A DNA stretch of 64,000 nucleotides from Eukaryota sp. TZLM1-RC (taxonomy: Eukaryota > Protista > Metamonada: BaSk clade). Below, piece by piece: positions 12,181 to 23,401 of this stretch (positions are counted from its first letter, which is position 1; each line of letters starts with the position of its first letter). Under the pieces are notes generated by a model. It did not search any database and was not told the DNA's origin. It saw only the letters and a list, made by a program, of their open reading frames with translations. The DNA is taken from positions 2,356,001 to 2,420,000 of the forward strand of contig JAUPSS010000002.1 in NCBI GenBank assembly GCA_040285825.1, read 5' to 3'. Position numbers and translations under genes: made by a program.

Positions 12181-14532
12181 ATGTCCGAAGAGCTTGATAA
12201 AGTAGCCCTTTCCTACCTTAAACACTTTGACAAACAGTTTCGTCAGCTTTTTCCTGGTCGTAGGAAACTACTACTGGCTCCTTTTGATGAGTCCAACAAC
12301 CCCCGAGTCATTTGTTCTCAATTCCGTCCCACTCAACTCCCCTACAGTGAACTTTACTATGCAGAATCCGCTGCTCAGTGGGTTTCAGATTTTATTAACA
12401 TAACTCCCTTATCTGACTCCACTGAACCCCCCACACACCTCCTATCTCCTCAAACCGTTCTTGATTCCCAAGAAGGAGATATCTTTTCTACATCTATTCT
12501 CTTATGTTCTCTTCTTATTGGATGTGGGTACAATGCGGTGGTAGCTTATGGTTACGCAGCCAAGAAGATTGCCTTCCAAGATCAAAGTGGTACCAAGTGT
12601 CCTTTTATAGAGAAGAAAGAAACAACATCAGAAAAAGACAATAATGAACCAAAACTGAGTTATAAACCTGTGCCCAGGGCTTCCCTGCAATCACGTTTCC
12701 TATCACGTCACGATTCCCCTGAGAAAACTGAAACATCAATCAATCAAGAGCAATCAGACTGTCAATCAAATGAACCTGATTATGACCCACTTGCTGGTCG
12801 GTATGTTTACTCTTGGGTAATAGTACTGCCTCCTAATAGATCCGTTTCCGAACCTTACTTTCTAGATCCGGCAACCGGTCATAAATATAGCCCAAAATCA
12901 GAATTATTTGATGGAATCGAGAGTGTTTTTAATAAGGAGAATATTTATATTAATCTTCAGTCATGTGAAGAAGGTTGTTCAAAGATAATATTTGACCTTC
13001 AATCACCAAATTGGGAGCCTGTTTTTGAGCTAGATGACGTTATTGATGATGTGGAGCAAGCTGGCAAAAGAGTTGTTGTTCCTCCTCCAACCTCAGGAAA
13101 GTTGATACTTTCAAAGAGTCATTTTGACAAGAAATTCCACAACTATTGTAAATTATCGGAATTTTTAGAATGTTTTTCACAATGTTTTACTGAAAGGCAT
13201 CGTACTGATGGTCTTGTCCTACGGTTGAAATTCAAAAATGAGGAAAAGATAGAAGATAGGTTCAAAAATAGAGTTGATGGCCTAGTTAAACGTGTCATCA
13301 GTCAAGAAGTTTCCGAAGACAATCAACGAATTTTTGTAATTTCTGAAGATTTTCTCTACTCTTCTGTTTGTGGCTCTTTAGACAATATTATTTGGCACTG
13401 TCAAGTTGATGATGGAGAAAATTTAATTACCACCATTTCAGCTGATGTTGGTTGTGCTGAAGTGATCCTTTCTTCTGTCAAGGAAAGTTGGATAAAAAGA
13501 ATATTCAAGTTTAATCATGGTTTTAGACCAGATGGTCTCAATCAAGTAGTGGAAACTGCCATGTCGATTGATTATAGTTTTATAGACCGCCAAGATGGAC
13601 TTTCAAAGACCAATCTTTCCTTTTTGACCCAGGATGAATTTGAACAAGAACGAGCTTTTTTACCTTCCTCAATCCCTCCTACCAATATTTTTGGCCGTTT
13701 ACTACGGAACATTGCTCTTGAATTCGATCAATTAACAGAACCACTATTACCTTCAGACATTGTTGCTTTGACTGAGTTACCTTTATTTAGAGTCTTTATT
13801 GATGTCATCATGATGGTAATTCAAGTTACTTTTCATAGAAGGAAACGGTCTCTACTACCTCACCAAATAGAACTTCCCAGACTGCAGTCTCTTGTTGGTT
13901 CGGATGGTAACAATAACATGGATGAAAATCAAATGGAATTTGCTATTAAAATTAAAAAATTAGAAAACCGATATTTGGAAATGGTGAGAGAATTAGCTTC
14001 TGAATTTGAAAATAATCTCTCATCCTTAGCCAATCTTCGCACATCTAATCTTTTACAACCTTTAAGAATTGAATTATCCAAAAATAGCGGTTCAAGTTCT
14101 GAAACTCTGAATAGTTCAGCGAATGAAGATTTTTTATTACCATTTCTTCCTCCAGACCACAAAGATGGTCCCCTCTCCCCTCGTTCAGCTTCCCGTGTTA
14201 AAGAGAATTACTTGGCTGGGGTAAGCAGACGACTGGTGGAGAAGGCAGCAATTGTTGAAGCCAGATTGGAAAAGGAGAAGAACCACTTAGCCAAGCTTCA
14301 AACCTCATGGAAATTAAAAGTAGAAGCAGGTGAACAAGCTGAAGAAGAACAGGAAGCTATCGCAGCTTGTGATTTGAGGATTCAAGTAGCAACAGTTAGA
14401 CTCTCTGATATTGAAAAGATTGCCACTGATAAATACGTTGCTGAATGCGAACGATTACGACTTGACCCAAGAATGGCTAATCTACCAGAATTGGAAAAAA
14501 GAGGGAAAAAAGGAAAGGAATTCAAAAGATGA
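12181..14532 (+). CDS. DRC7: Dynein regulatory complex subunit 7 (CCDC135), transglutaminase-like N-terminus
   Basis: FRQLFPGRRKLLL, FRPTQLPYSEL, SPQTVLDSQEGD, LLCSLLIGCGYNA, GIESVFN; C-terminal DFLLPFL coiled coil ending RLRLDPRM. First ATG 12181 (ORF open from 12157). Confidence 0.9.
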   Translation: MSEELDKVALSYLKHFDKQFRQLFPGRRKLLLAPFDESNNPRVICSQFRPTQLPYSELYYAESAAQWVSDFINITPLSDSTEPPTHLLSPQTVLDSQEGDIFSTSILLCSLLIGCGYNAVVAYGYAAKKIAFQDQSGTKCPFIEKKETTSEKDNNEPKLSYKPVPRASLQSRFLSRHDSPEKTETSINQEQSDCQSNEPDYDPLAGRYVYSWVIVLPPNRSVSEPYFLDPATGHKYSPKSELFDGIESVFNKENIYINLQSCEEGCSKIIFDLQSPNWEPVFELDDVIDDVEQAGKRVVVPPPTSGKLILSKSHFDKKFHNYCKLSEFLECFSQCFTERHRTDGLVLRLKFKNEEKIEDRFKNRVDGLVKRVISQEVSEDNQRIFVISEDFLYSSVCGSLDNIIWHCQVDDGENLITTISADVGCAEVILSSVKESWIKRIFKFNHGFRPDGLNQVVETAMSIDYSFIDRQDGLSKTNLSFLTQDEFEQERAFLPSSIPPTNIFGRLLRNIALEFDQLTEPLLPSDIVALTELPLFRVFIDVIMMVIQVTFHRRKRSLLPHQIELPRLQSLVGSDGNNNMDENQMEFAIKIKKLENRYLEMVRELASEFENNLSSLANLRTSNLLQPLRIELSKNSGSSSETLNSSANEDFLLPFLPPDHKDGPLSPRSASRVKENYLAGVSRRLVEKAAIVEARLEKEKNHLAKLQTSWKLKVEAGEQAEEEQEAIAACDLRIQVATVRLSDIEKIATDKYVAECERLRLDPRMANLPELEKRGKKGKEFKR

Positions 14533-14619
14533 TTGATTATTTAAACACGATTATAATGTATAATATAAATTAATCACACAAATTTTTATCTACAATAAAA
14601 ATTTATTTACTAAATACAA

Positions 14620-15879
14620 TTATTCAATCATTCTAACAACCAATCCAGAAGCTAACTTTGGTACAAACCAAGTACTTTTAGGAGGCATTAGCATAGAAGC
14701 ATCAGCAACAGCCATCAATTCTTCAATAGAAACAGGATATAGAGCAAAAGCAGCAACACAATCTTCTTTACATCTCTTTTCCAACCCTTCTAATCCTCTT
14801 GTGCCCCCAACAAAGTCGATACGATTACATGTTCGGAGATCTTGAATGTTCAAAATAGGACTCAATACTTCGTTGGTTAGGATTTGAGTGTCCAAATTGG
14901 CAACAGGGTCATCAGGAGATAGGCGTGATACGATAGAATCCTTCAATACACATCTATACCACTTATTATCCAAAAGGAGGGAATATTCATGTAGCTTAGA
15001 GGGACGGATTGGTTCATTGGATTCTTCAGTGAATTCAAATACCTTGGACAACTTTTCCTTGAATTCATCTGGGTTGAGTCCATTCAAGTCTTTAACAACT
15101 CTGTTGTAGTCAACAATTTTTAATTGAGTTGAAGGGAAAACAACAGAAAGGAAAAAGTTAAAAGGTTCATCACCTGAAACTGTTTCCCCTGCAGCAACAG
15201 CGGCTTCGTATCGTTCCTTCCCAACTCGGAAAGCAGAAGCTGCTCTATGATGACCATCGGCGATATAAAAGGCATTCACATTAGAGAATTCTTCCACTAT
15301 TCTGGTAATCAATTCAGCATCCGACACGACCCAAACCTTATGGAAGGTATTGTCAGGGCCTGGACATTGCGTGGTGGGATCTTTCTTTATTACTTGAGCA
15401 ACGATGGAGTCAATAGTGTCATTTTGTTCATAGGTAAGGAAAACAGGACCTACATTGGCGTTCTGAGTATTAACCATTCTTTCCCTGTCCCTTTGTTTAG
15501 CGGCACGGGTATGTTCATGAATGCGGATCTTGCCGTTCTCGTATTCATGGACGGAAGTGAGGGCACATAGACCGTATTGGACATGATCTCCGTCTTGCTG
15601 AGAGTAAATGTAAAATCCAGGGGAGTCGTCTTTTACTAACCAGCCTTCTGAAATGAACTTATGGAGGTTAGAACGACCCATCTCATACACCTGATCGGAA
15701 TAAAGGTCAATGTCCTCGGCCAGGTCAATTTCTGGTTTATTTACATGGAGAATAGATCGGGGATTACCTTCAGCGAGAACACGTGCTTCAGCACTGTTCA
15801 ACACGTCATAGGGAGGGCCACAAACGTCACCAGCAACATCTTGTGGAGGACGATAAGCAGAAAAAGGCTTAACAATCAT
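14620..15879 (-). CDS. DUF1015-family protein
   Basis: PPYDV, HEHT, YIADGHHRAASA, YNRVV, MPPKSTWFVPKLASGL signatures; 419 aa, intronless. Confidence 0.9.
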   Translation of the reverse strand: MIVKPFSAYRPPQDVAGDVCGPPYDVLNSAEARVLAEGNPRSILHVNKPEIDLAEDIDLYSDQVYEMGRSNLHKFISEGWLVKDDSPGFYIYSQQDGDHVQYGLCALTSVHEYENGKIRIHEHTRAAKQRDRERMVNTQNANVGPVFLTYEQNDTIDSIVAQVIKKDPTTQCPGPDNTFHKVWVVSDAELITRIVEEFSNVNAFYIADGHHRAASAFRVGKERYEAAVAAGETVSGDEPFNFFLSVVFPSTQLKIVDYNRVVKDLNGLNPDEFKEKLSKVFEFTEESNEPIRPSKLHEYSLLLDNKWYRCVLKDSIVSRLSPDDPVANLDTQILTNEVLSPILNIQDLRTCNRIDFVGGTRGLEGLEKRCKEDCVAAFALYPVSIEELMAVADASMLMPPKSTWFVPKLASGLVVRMIE

Positions 15880-15916
15880 TGAGATTAATCGAAGTAGATA
15901 ATAAAGTGACTAATCT

Positions 15917-16190
15917 ACTGTGAATTTCATTTATCATGCATTCCCCTGTGAAATTCACTCCTGTTTTCAACTTTCTCAATGTCTACTCACAGGCTGTAAG
16001 AGACATGTAGCATCATTTGACAAAGACAATCATGATCTTCATCAATGGGCTACCTCACTTAAATACACCTACTGCTTTCACAGAACAAAGCCTCGCGACT
16101 TGATGTATCTAAGTGGATCTACCAAATGCTACTAGGGCATTTGTAGATCGGTCTCAAAAGTTTTAGTTTCTGTAAGCTCACGTTCCCTAT
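15917..16190 (-). ncRNA. Candidate Fanzor omegaRNA scaffold (copy 1)
   Basis: Lies between the Fanzor stop and the element end; ~3 differences from 27603-27876; hairpins at 15920-15958, ~15979-16007 and 16116-16149. Confidence 0.65.
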
Positions 16191-18129
16191 TCATCTCCTC
16201 AGCAGAGCATCTGGGCAAATGTATCTTTCCGGCCACAATTCCGCTTTTTTCTTAATTTGAATATTTTTTGCAGCGGAAATATCTCTGTCATATACTATTT
16301 GACACTCAGTACAAATACGCATCTGCCATGAGCCTGCTTGAATATTCTCGGCCATGCAACAACTTGACATTTTGCTTGTATTAAATTCACTGGTTGACAA
16401 GTGCTTCACGTCCTTTTGATAACACAACCATTTTCTGAAAGCCCTTGCTGATCCATATCGATTGACTTTTCGGCAATGAGAAGGGAAATTAGCAGAACCC
16501 ACAGCAAGATAGAGTTTTTCAGGATGTCCAGCCAGCCTTTGAAATTTGTTGAGACTCTCTCTGAACCGTCTCTCTTTTCGTCTGCGGTTATCAAATTTAA
16601 TTATTTTCCATTTCTGGCGATTACTTTCCAAATACACTTTCCTCCTGACCAAATTCCAATGGTTCAAATATTGGTTGAAATTTTGAACGGAATATTGGTT
16701 GGGAGAGTGTTTACTGGGTGAAGGTTTTGTCATGTATCTTCTGCCAGTTGGACAAGGGATAATCCACATTGATTATCATTTAAGAAGTAACCACATAATC
16801 TTGATTGGCCAAGATCAACGCCGATAAGGGGGCTTTCAGGTAAAATTTCGACTGGATGTCTACGTCTTCGACGGGGCATTTTTTTAGTACCCTTCAACTG
16901 TGTTTCTCTGGTTTTGTTGGCATTAGGGTCACTTTTCATTTCATTTTTTGATCTTCTTTTCTTTTTCGGTGGTTCATCCAGCTCATCTGTGTTTTCTGAG
17001 TCATTATTTTTACCTTCAAAGGTCAAAAGCAGTTCATTACCATTAGTTTTCAATAAAATTTTTTTAAATCTATTTTTCAAACTTTTTCTGTTGATATTGA
17101 ATTTTTGGTAAGGACATTGTTTGAATACTCGTTTCAGACATGTATTTCTGATAAACTTTGTTTTGGAAGATGATCCTTCAATAATTGGAAATTTTTTCAC
17201 AGAGTGGAAAACATGTGAAGGTACCTCAATAAATTTAGAACCTTTATGAGAAGCTAAAGGTATTATTCTAAATTTCTTCCAGCAATGCATATGAGAAAAG
17301 AAAGTGAGTAAGTATTGTGAAATTTTAAGATTGAAGAGAAAAAGCTCACTAATTTCCTTTGATGAAAAAGTGATTTTATCATGTGAGGACAGTAGGGAGG
17401 CAGTGGTAGGAAATCTTTGGAGGAGATTCAAGATAAACCTACATGCATTCAATAAAAAAAATCTTTCTCTTGAATTATTCAAATTGAAATTGATGAGGTA
17501 TTCAAGAACAGAATCAACTACTACTTCCTCGGGTTGGGCTAGTAGTTCATCTGGCAAAAGTGAAAGAATATTATTTGCAAAGACATTTGTTTTATTCAGG
17601 GCTCTACAATGAGCACGAATAAAGTTTTTTGTCCAGGATTGACAAATTTTGGGTAAACATGTCTTAACGTTGGAGGCCAATTGACGAGCCCGACAAGCAA
17701 GGTAAGGAGAAAGCCCTTTTCTATTGATAAAATTACAGTTCTGGGACTGCAGCCAATCATTGAGGAAAAGATTAAATGAATTTCTGTAAGGCACTAAAGA
17801 ATTTTCCCACACAGAAACAAGAGACCTGTCTTGTGGGCATTCAGGAAGAAATCCATTGTAAAAGATATGGAGTAATTGGCGTTGGCCTTTAGATGTGGAA
17901 GGCTTAGGAAAAGAACCAGTGGTGATGACGGTCATAAACAGATACCATACATCCTGTTCCACTAAAGCTCTAGATGCCAACGGAAAATTTAGAAGAAAAG
18001 ATTGAAGTAATAAAGAAGCTTCATGACAAATCTCGGTGACCACAGGAAGGTCAGTCCGAATTTGTTGCACCGCTGCAGGGGTCAGCAGCGAGTTAAGTGC
18101 ACAAGACCGAGTGAATACACGTGATACAG
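16191..18129 (-). pseudogene. Fanzor (TnpB-like RuvC nuclease) copy 1; 1-nt deletion near 16762, first ~6 codons lost
   Basis: LIGVDLG (RuvC-I), LAVGS plus TSEFNTSKMSSCC (rearranged RuvC-II), CTEC..YDRDISAAKNI (zinc finger and RuvC-III); NLS-like PPKKKRR. ATAATCCAC here versus ATAACTCCAC in copy 2. Confidence 0.9.
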
Positions 18130-18171
18130 TAAATAGAACAATGGTTATGGTAATGTTAAGGTGGACTTGTC

Positions 18172-19272
18172 TCAATGGATGTAAGAATGAGTCAACTCAA
18201 CTCGACTCGTTTGACTCATGAGTCATTCTATTTATTGAATTTGCACACTTGATTAAATTAAATCATAACTAATGGGACGACTATCATTAAACCAAGATTT
18301 CCTCTACAAAATCTTGATTTGCTTGCTGTCTAGCTAAAGCTTCTCTAATTCGATTGAAAAACCGCGGTAATCTATTAATAATGGCAAATTGAATCCGTGA
18401 ACGCCATAAAAAAATATCAAATCTTTTCATTGTTTTTTCTTTCACCATTTTTTGGAAGTCATCCAAAAAAGTTTCTGCTTCAACTGATAATCTTCCATTT
18501 ATCGAAAATGGGAAAGCAATAAAAACCAGCTGTGTATTTCTATCGATATTTGCATCTTCAATTTCTTTATCATATTTTCTATGTTTTTCTTTTGCTTTAA
18601 AATCCAGAGCAGCCACAGGATTAAGTTTTCTTCTGTGAACCAAAGTATCGTTTGCAACATTACATGAGACAAAGTCAACAATAGCTTCAGAATTATCAAT
18701 CCAATCACAGTATACATCACCTCTATCATCAGAACCAAAATTATTCAGAGAAAGTGTTTCTTTCAGCAGGGGCTCTTTGATACAAGATATCCTTGCAGTT
18801 TGTGCCATATTGAAAACAGTGTCTCTAACAGCATCATGTAATGAAGAACGATAAGTTATCAATTTAGAGCAATTTAGAGCATGGCGCAAAGTGAGTTGAG
18901 GTGAATTCGAACAAATACATTTTTCTTTTGATAATAATTGGTTAATGGGGATGTTCAAATATAATCTCATTTTTGTTACAAATGCTTCATTAGTAGCACA
19001 CAATCCAAATCTTCGTGGTACAATGGTTACAAAAAGTGAAGAATCTGACACCTTGTTTTCACAAACACCCTTTTCCAATAACAATGAGTGAAGATCTTGA
19101 TTTAAAACAGCCGAGCTGCAAATATTATTATAAAGATCTTTTTCATACATTCCAGTCAATCTTTTCTGTAATGTTCGAAGAGTATACTTCAAATTTAAAA
19201 CATTTTTGAAACTCATGAGTCGAGTTAAGTCAGATAAGTTTGACTCGAGTTAACTCGACTCGACTCAAATCG
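18172..19272. repeat. GACTC/GAGTC-rich subterminal-type repeats (18172-18224 and 19211-19272), probable DNA transposon end split by the family A insertion
   Basis: Multiple ACTCG/ACTCA units in both orientations. Confidence 0.45.
18231..19210 (-). mobile_element. Family A RLE non-LTR element with open 3' ORF (18287-19216), candidate TSD ACTCATGAGTC
   Basis: Intact CCHC and RGD..D..K motifs; 11-mer present at 18214-18224 and 19211-19221. Confidence 0.9.
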
Positions 19273-19274
19273 AA

Positions 19275-20437
19275 ATCCTACTCACCAGCCATTACTGATC
19301 TTATCCCCAATCGAACTGCTCTTAACATTCTTCGCAGCTCTCTTACTAAGTTGACCAAGCTCAACTGTGTCACTGAACAATTACAAAAAGATCATCTTCC
19401 ATTAAACAAAGTCAAGGCCATGTTTTTTATGTTGTAGCAATGGATTATCGAGAATATATTTATTGAATTTGTACACTTAATTAAATTAACTCAATACTAA
19501 TGGGGCGACTATCATTGAACCAAGATTTCCTCTACAAAATCTTGATCTGCTTGCTGTATAGCTAAAGCTTCTCTTATTCGATTGAAAAACCGTGGTAATC
19601 TATTATTAATGGCAAATTGAATCCGTGAACGCCATAAAAAAATATCAAATCTTTTCATTGTTTTTTCTTGCACCATTTTTTGGAAGTCATCCAAAAAAGT
19701 TTCTGCTTCAACTGATAATCTTCCATTAATCGAAAATGGGAAAGCAATAAAAACCAGCTCTGTATTTCTATCGACATTTGCCTCTTCAATATCTTTATCA
19801 TATTTTCTATGTTTCTCTTTTGCTTTAAAATCCAGAGCAGCCACAGGATTAAGTTTTCTTCTGTGAACCAAAGTATCATTTGCAACATTACATGAGACAA
19901 AGTCAACAATAGCTTCAGAATTATCAATCCAATCACAGTATACATCACCTCTATCATCAGAACCAAAATTATTCAGAGAAAGTGTTTCCTTCAGCAGGAT
20001 TATCCTAAAATGACCAATTACACAACTTATCCAAATCAAATTCAACATTCTTCTCATTTTGAAGCAGCTGTTATCAAAATCTTGATTGGAAATGAACACT
20101 CATTAACTACGCAAGAAGCCAGCTTGTCTCTGCTTTTAAGAAGACAACTCGTGAAGATTATGTACATCCTGATCCAACTAACATAGACTTTTTCAATCGT
20201 GTAGCTCTTTTAATGGAAGCGGAAACTGTTAAAGCGGAAAGTGCCTATATTGGTCTTTCGTTCATTTTTTGCTCTTCAAACGCCGCAGAGAGACTCTTTT
20301 CATGCGCAAGAGCACTGCTTGAAGATCGACCCAACTTTGGACATGTTAACTTGAATCACCAACTTTTCATTGCCAGTAGCCGTTCATTTTGGAATGAAGA
20401 GGATCTAAGGACGGCTATTCATCATAGAGATAAGTAG
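19275..20437 (+). pseudogene. hAT-like transposase C-terminal relic interrupted by a family A insertion
   Basis: VTEQLQKDHLPLNKVKAMF...HSSHFEAAVIKI...SSNAAERLFSCAR...QLFI..SFW (hAT dimerisation motif). Confidence 0.7.
19457..19996 (-). mobile_element. Family A RLE non-LTR 3' fragment, candidate TSD GGATTATC
   Basis: Very similar to 18231-18770; GGATTATC at 19442-19449 and 19997-20004. Confidence 0.88.
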
Positions 20438-20599
20438 CTTTTGGTTTTTTGAAATACTTTTGTTAATAAACTGTTCCTCACAAATTTGATGCAATAATTT
20501 TTTTGTGAATTTTGACAACTCTTTGGGATAAAAAAATAATCTGCAATAACAATAATTTATTTTCTTGAAATTGAGTTTCGCAATATCATAAAATAAAAT

Positions 20600-21900
20600 A
20601 AATTCCAGTCCCTGCCTGTGAGTCCAAATCCAAATGCATTTGTCAAACCTACATTGGAAATACATTCTTCATTACAACTCCAGACACTATTGAGCTGCCA
20701 CATCGTTTAAGATGGACTGATATTTTCTTCTACAGAGATCTTCTTGACTACTCTCTTTTTAGTTCCTCCCTGTCTTCTTTTAGCACCCGATGAGGATGTG
20801 CTTGTTTCAGGAACTTGCGATGGACAGTTTCTGCTGTTGTGGCCTTCTCCGCGACATAAACCACATCTTCTCGGTTTTTTGTCCTTCTCAGCAGTCTTCT
20901 TTTTCTGATCTCTCTGTGAAGTATATGATCCATCTTCGAAATCTTTTGTGTGAGTTTTTGATCTCTCGAAAATGGATGGTCTACTTCACCGTTGATTGCA
21001 GATGTTATAATGGAATACTGTTCATCCCATTCTTGTTGAAAATCTCTTTTTCTAGTAGTATTCTTGTGATTAAATAAATCAATTTGTTGTTTTAACTTTT
21101 TTGCTTTTCTTTTTAGTTGTCGTTTGCCCTTAGGACCTAACACTTTAATACTAGAATCGTTGACACATTCTCCAAAATTTCCCTTGGCAGCACAACTAGA
21201 ACAAGATTTACTCGTTCTATATTCATCAACTAGGAAATTTCGACAACCAAATCTTCTTAAGAGTTTGCGAATTTCGGTTCCTCGTATGGTTGTCCTTTTT
21301 CTTTTCCTTGTATTTCCTTTCGAGCTTCAGTCACCATAACCAATAGCTACGTCTTCAAGGGAGCCAAAGGTCAATTTGAATCTTTCCAACATGTTTTTTT
21401 CACTTCTTTGATTATTCGAATACGTTTGAAATTTTGTTTTTCTGAACCGTACATCTTACAAAAAATATTCATGTGAACATTGTATCGCTCAAATTCCTGG
21501 ATGTAATGACCAAAATGTTGGCTGAAACAAGATTTTTGTTGTCTGATTGATACAGATAAAGAAAATTGCTTTAAAATATGCAAAAAACTTCAAAGTCAAT
21601 TCTGACTGGGGAAAGGGAACAACAATGTGATTATTGATAGAAAGTTCATCAAAGTTTCCACCGATAATGGCTTCCCTGGCTTTGTTGAGCTTAGTCAATA
21701 ATTCTTTCTTCAAATGATTTTCTTGAATTTGTTCTAGTCTGAACTTTTTCAAGGGGATAATGTTTAACCAGTGCAAAACGTATTCGTGAAAATATTTGCT
21801 GAGATGATTGCCGTAGTTAATGGCAATTTGGTTGGCTGTGTAGTGGGAAACTCGATTCATTAATGTATTATCTGAAAATTGAATCCTTCTTTGAACAAGC
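20600..21900 (-). pseudogene. Decayed Fanzor (distinct family), RuvC-I region missing
   Basis: YTANQIAINYGNHLSKYFHEYV; AIGYGD*; NFLVDEYRTSKSCSSC at 21181-21240. Confidence 0.75.
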
Positions 21901-21929
21901 TCATTATCAAGATTTTGTTGTGCCCAAAC

Positions 21930-22525
21930 AAGAAATTTACCTAAATATTTAACATGTAAATGTGGTAAACCTCTTTTGTTTACTCATCTTTTGAACTGTA
22001 AACACTGTATAACATTTAGAAGCAAAGTGCATAATAATGTTAGGGACCAAATTTATGTTATGTGCAAATCATATAGACTAGGTTCCTTTTTAGAGCCTTT
22101 GCTATCAAATTAATTCTTGATGACCCCAACATTGACAGTACGCGCTACAACAGAGCACCTATGGGTCTGACAAAAGGTGATTTGGTTGCTCTCGGCTTAA
22201 ATGGAAGTTTTTCCATTTCAGATGCCATGTCAATTGACCCTTGTAATTCTGCTAACGAACATTTCATTAACTCAAATGTCAACAATACTCTTCTTGCTGG
22301 TAAAAGATACAAAAATGCTCAATATGCGAAACCTATTTCTTCTGTCAACGAAAATTCTCATGCCCAATATACTTTATACCCCTTTGTGTTTTTTGCTCGT
22401 TTCTTTACGTAAGGCTGCCGTGGCATTCCTTGAGGATTTCAGTGTAGTGGTAAATGAAAAAACTGGCAGAATTTTCAATCGTGTTTACTGGCACAACAGG
22501 ATTGTATTTTCTATTTTTAAGGGAA
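21930..22525 (+). mobile_element. Family C RLE non-LTR fragment
   Basis: Matches 58680-59275. Confidence 0.85.
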
Positions 22526-22534
22526 TTTTTTTTG

Positions 22535-23002
22535 ACCAAAATTTTAATTTTATTCAAAACCTATAAATCAACATCTAAAAAATCCATCTCTCCCAAAACA
22601 AAAACACTAGATGTAACTCTCTCATAGTGAGTTCCAAGAGAAAGCAAAGCATCAGAAACCCTCTTCAACATCCCCTTAACAGTAGAAAACACAATTCTAT
22701 TTTGCCAAAACAATCTGTTGAAATTTCTGCCAGTTCTTCTCTTTACAATCAATTCTAAATCTTCCAAAAAATGTGAAGCAGTTGGTGCCAGTGAACCAAA
22801 CAGGGAAAATACAAATAAATACAAATTGTATTTTGCATGCTGTTGACTGGCCAATTTGGGCAAAGGTTCATTGTATGTTTTGATTTTGAAATTTTCAGCA
22901 TTTGAAAGAGGATTATGATTTTTGAATTAACAAGCCTTTCACCTGAGGCATTACAAAGATCATCAGACATTACATTTAATAAAATGAAGCTTCCATCTAA
23001 TC
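22535..23002 (-). mobile_element. Family B RLE non-LTR 3' fragment
   Basis: Matches 45115-45585, ends VLGEMDFLDVDL. Confidence 0.85.
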
Positions 23003-23004
23003 AA

Positions 23005-23375
23005 AAAAGAAGATAAAAAATATGAAGAACCTTTGGCACAGTTAGGTAGAGTGGAACATGTGAAATATCAGTTTGTGCCGTTTGCAATTTCTCTTTTTGG
23101 TAATATTGGACCTTCAGGGTTGCACCTTTTTGAAAATTTTAAAAAAGTGTTACTGAATAGGTCTGGTAAAACAATGAACTCCTCTTTCTGGTTAAATAGA
23201 ATTGTTTTTTGCATTTTCAAGTCTATTCCTACAATGATTTCAAAGGCACTTTTAGCTATCGGTGTAGAATATGAACGTAATGCTGTGAGTAGGTTCAGTA
23301 ATAGTGACGCTTGTTTGGAGGATATTGAATTCTAGATGGTTATTTTTATCTCAATAAATATTCCAGTTTTTTTTA
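23005..23375 (+). mobile_element. Family D RLE non-LTR 3' fragment
   Basis: KYEEPLAQLGRVEHVKYQFVPFAISLFG; AATAAA after the stop. Confidence 0.75.
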
Positions 23376-23401
23376 AAAAAAAACTTCTACTGAAAAAAAA
23401 T

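Noticed and set aside
15920-16135. Duplicated small plus-strand ORF (also the tail of 27246-27821)
   Set aside because: Antisense to the Fanzor 3' segment with no ATG start; duplication follows the element.
16730-16769. Programmed frameshift in Fanzor copy 1
   Set aside because: Copy 2 has the extra base and a continuous frame, so this is a simple deletion or sequencing error.
18130-18175. Predicted Fanzor N-terminus MRQVHLNITITIVLFT
   Set aside because: Similarity to copies 2 and 3 stops at 18129; this is flanking DNA read in frame.
18181-19272. CRISPR-like array in GACTC repeats (also TATAACTTCTC repeats at 62730-62775)
   Set aside because: No regular repeat-spacer periodicity; they fit transposon subterminal repeats.
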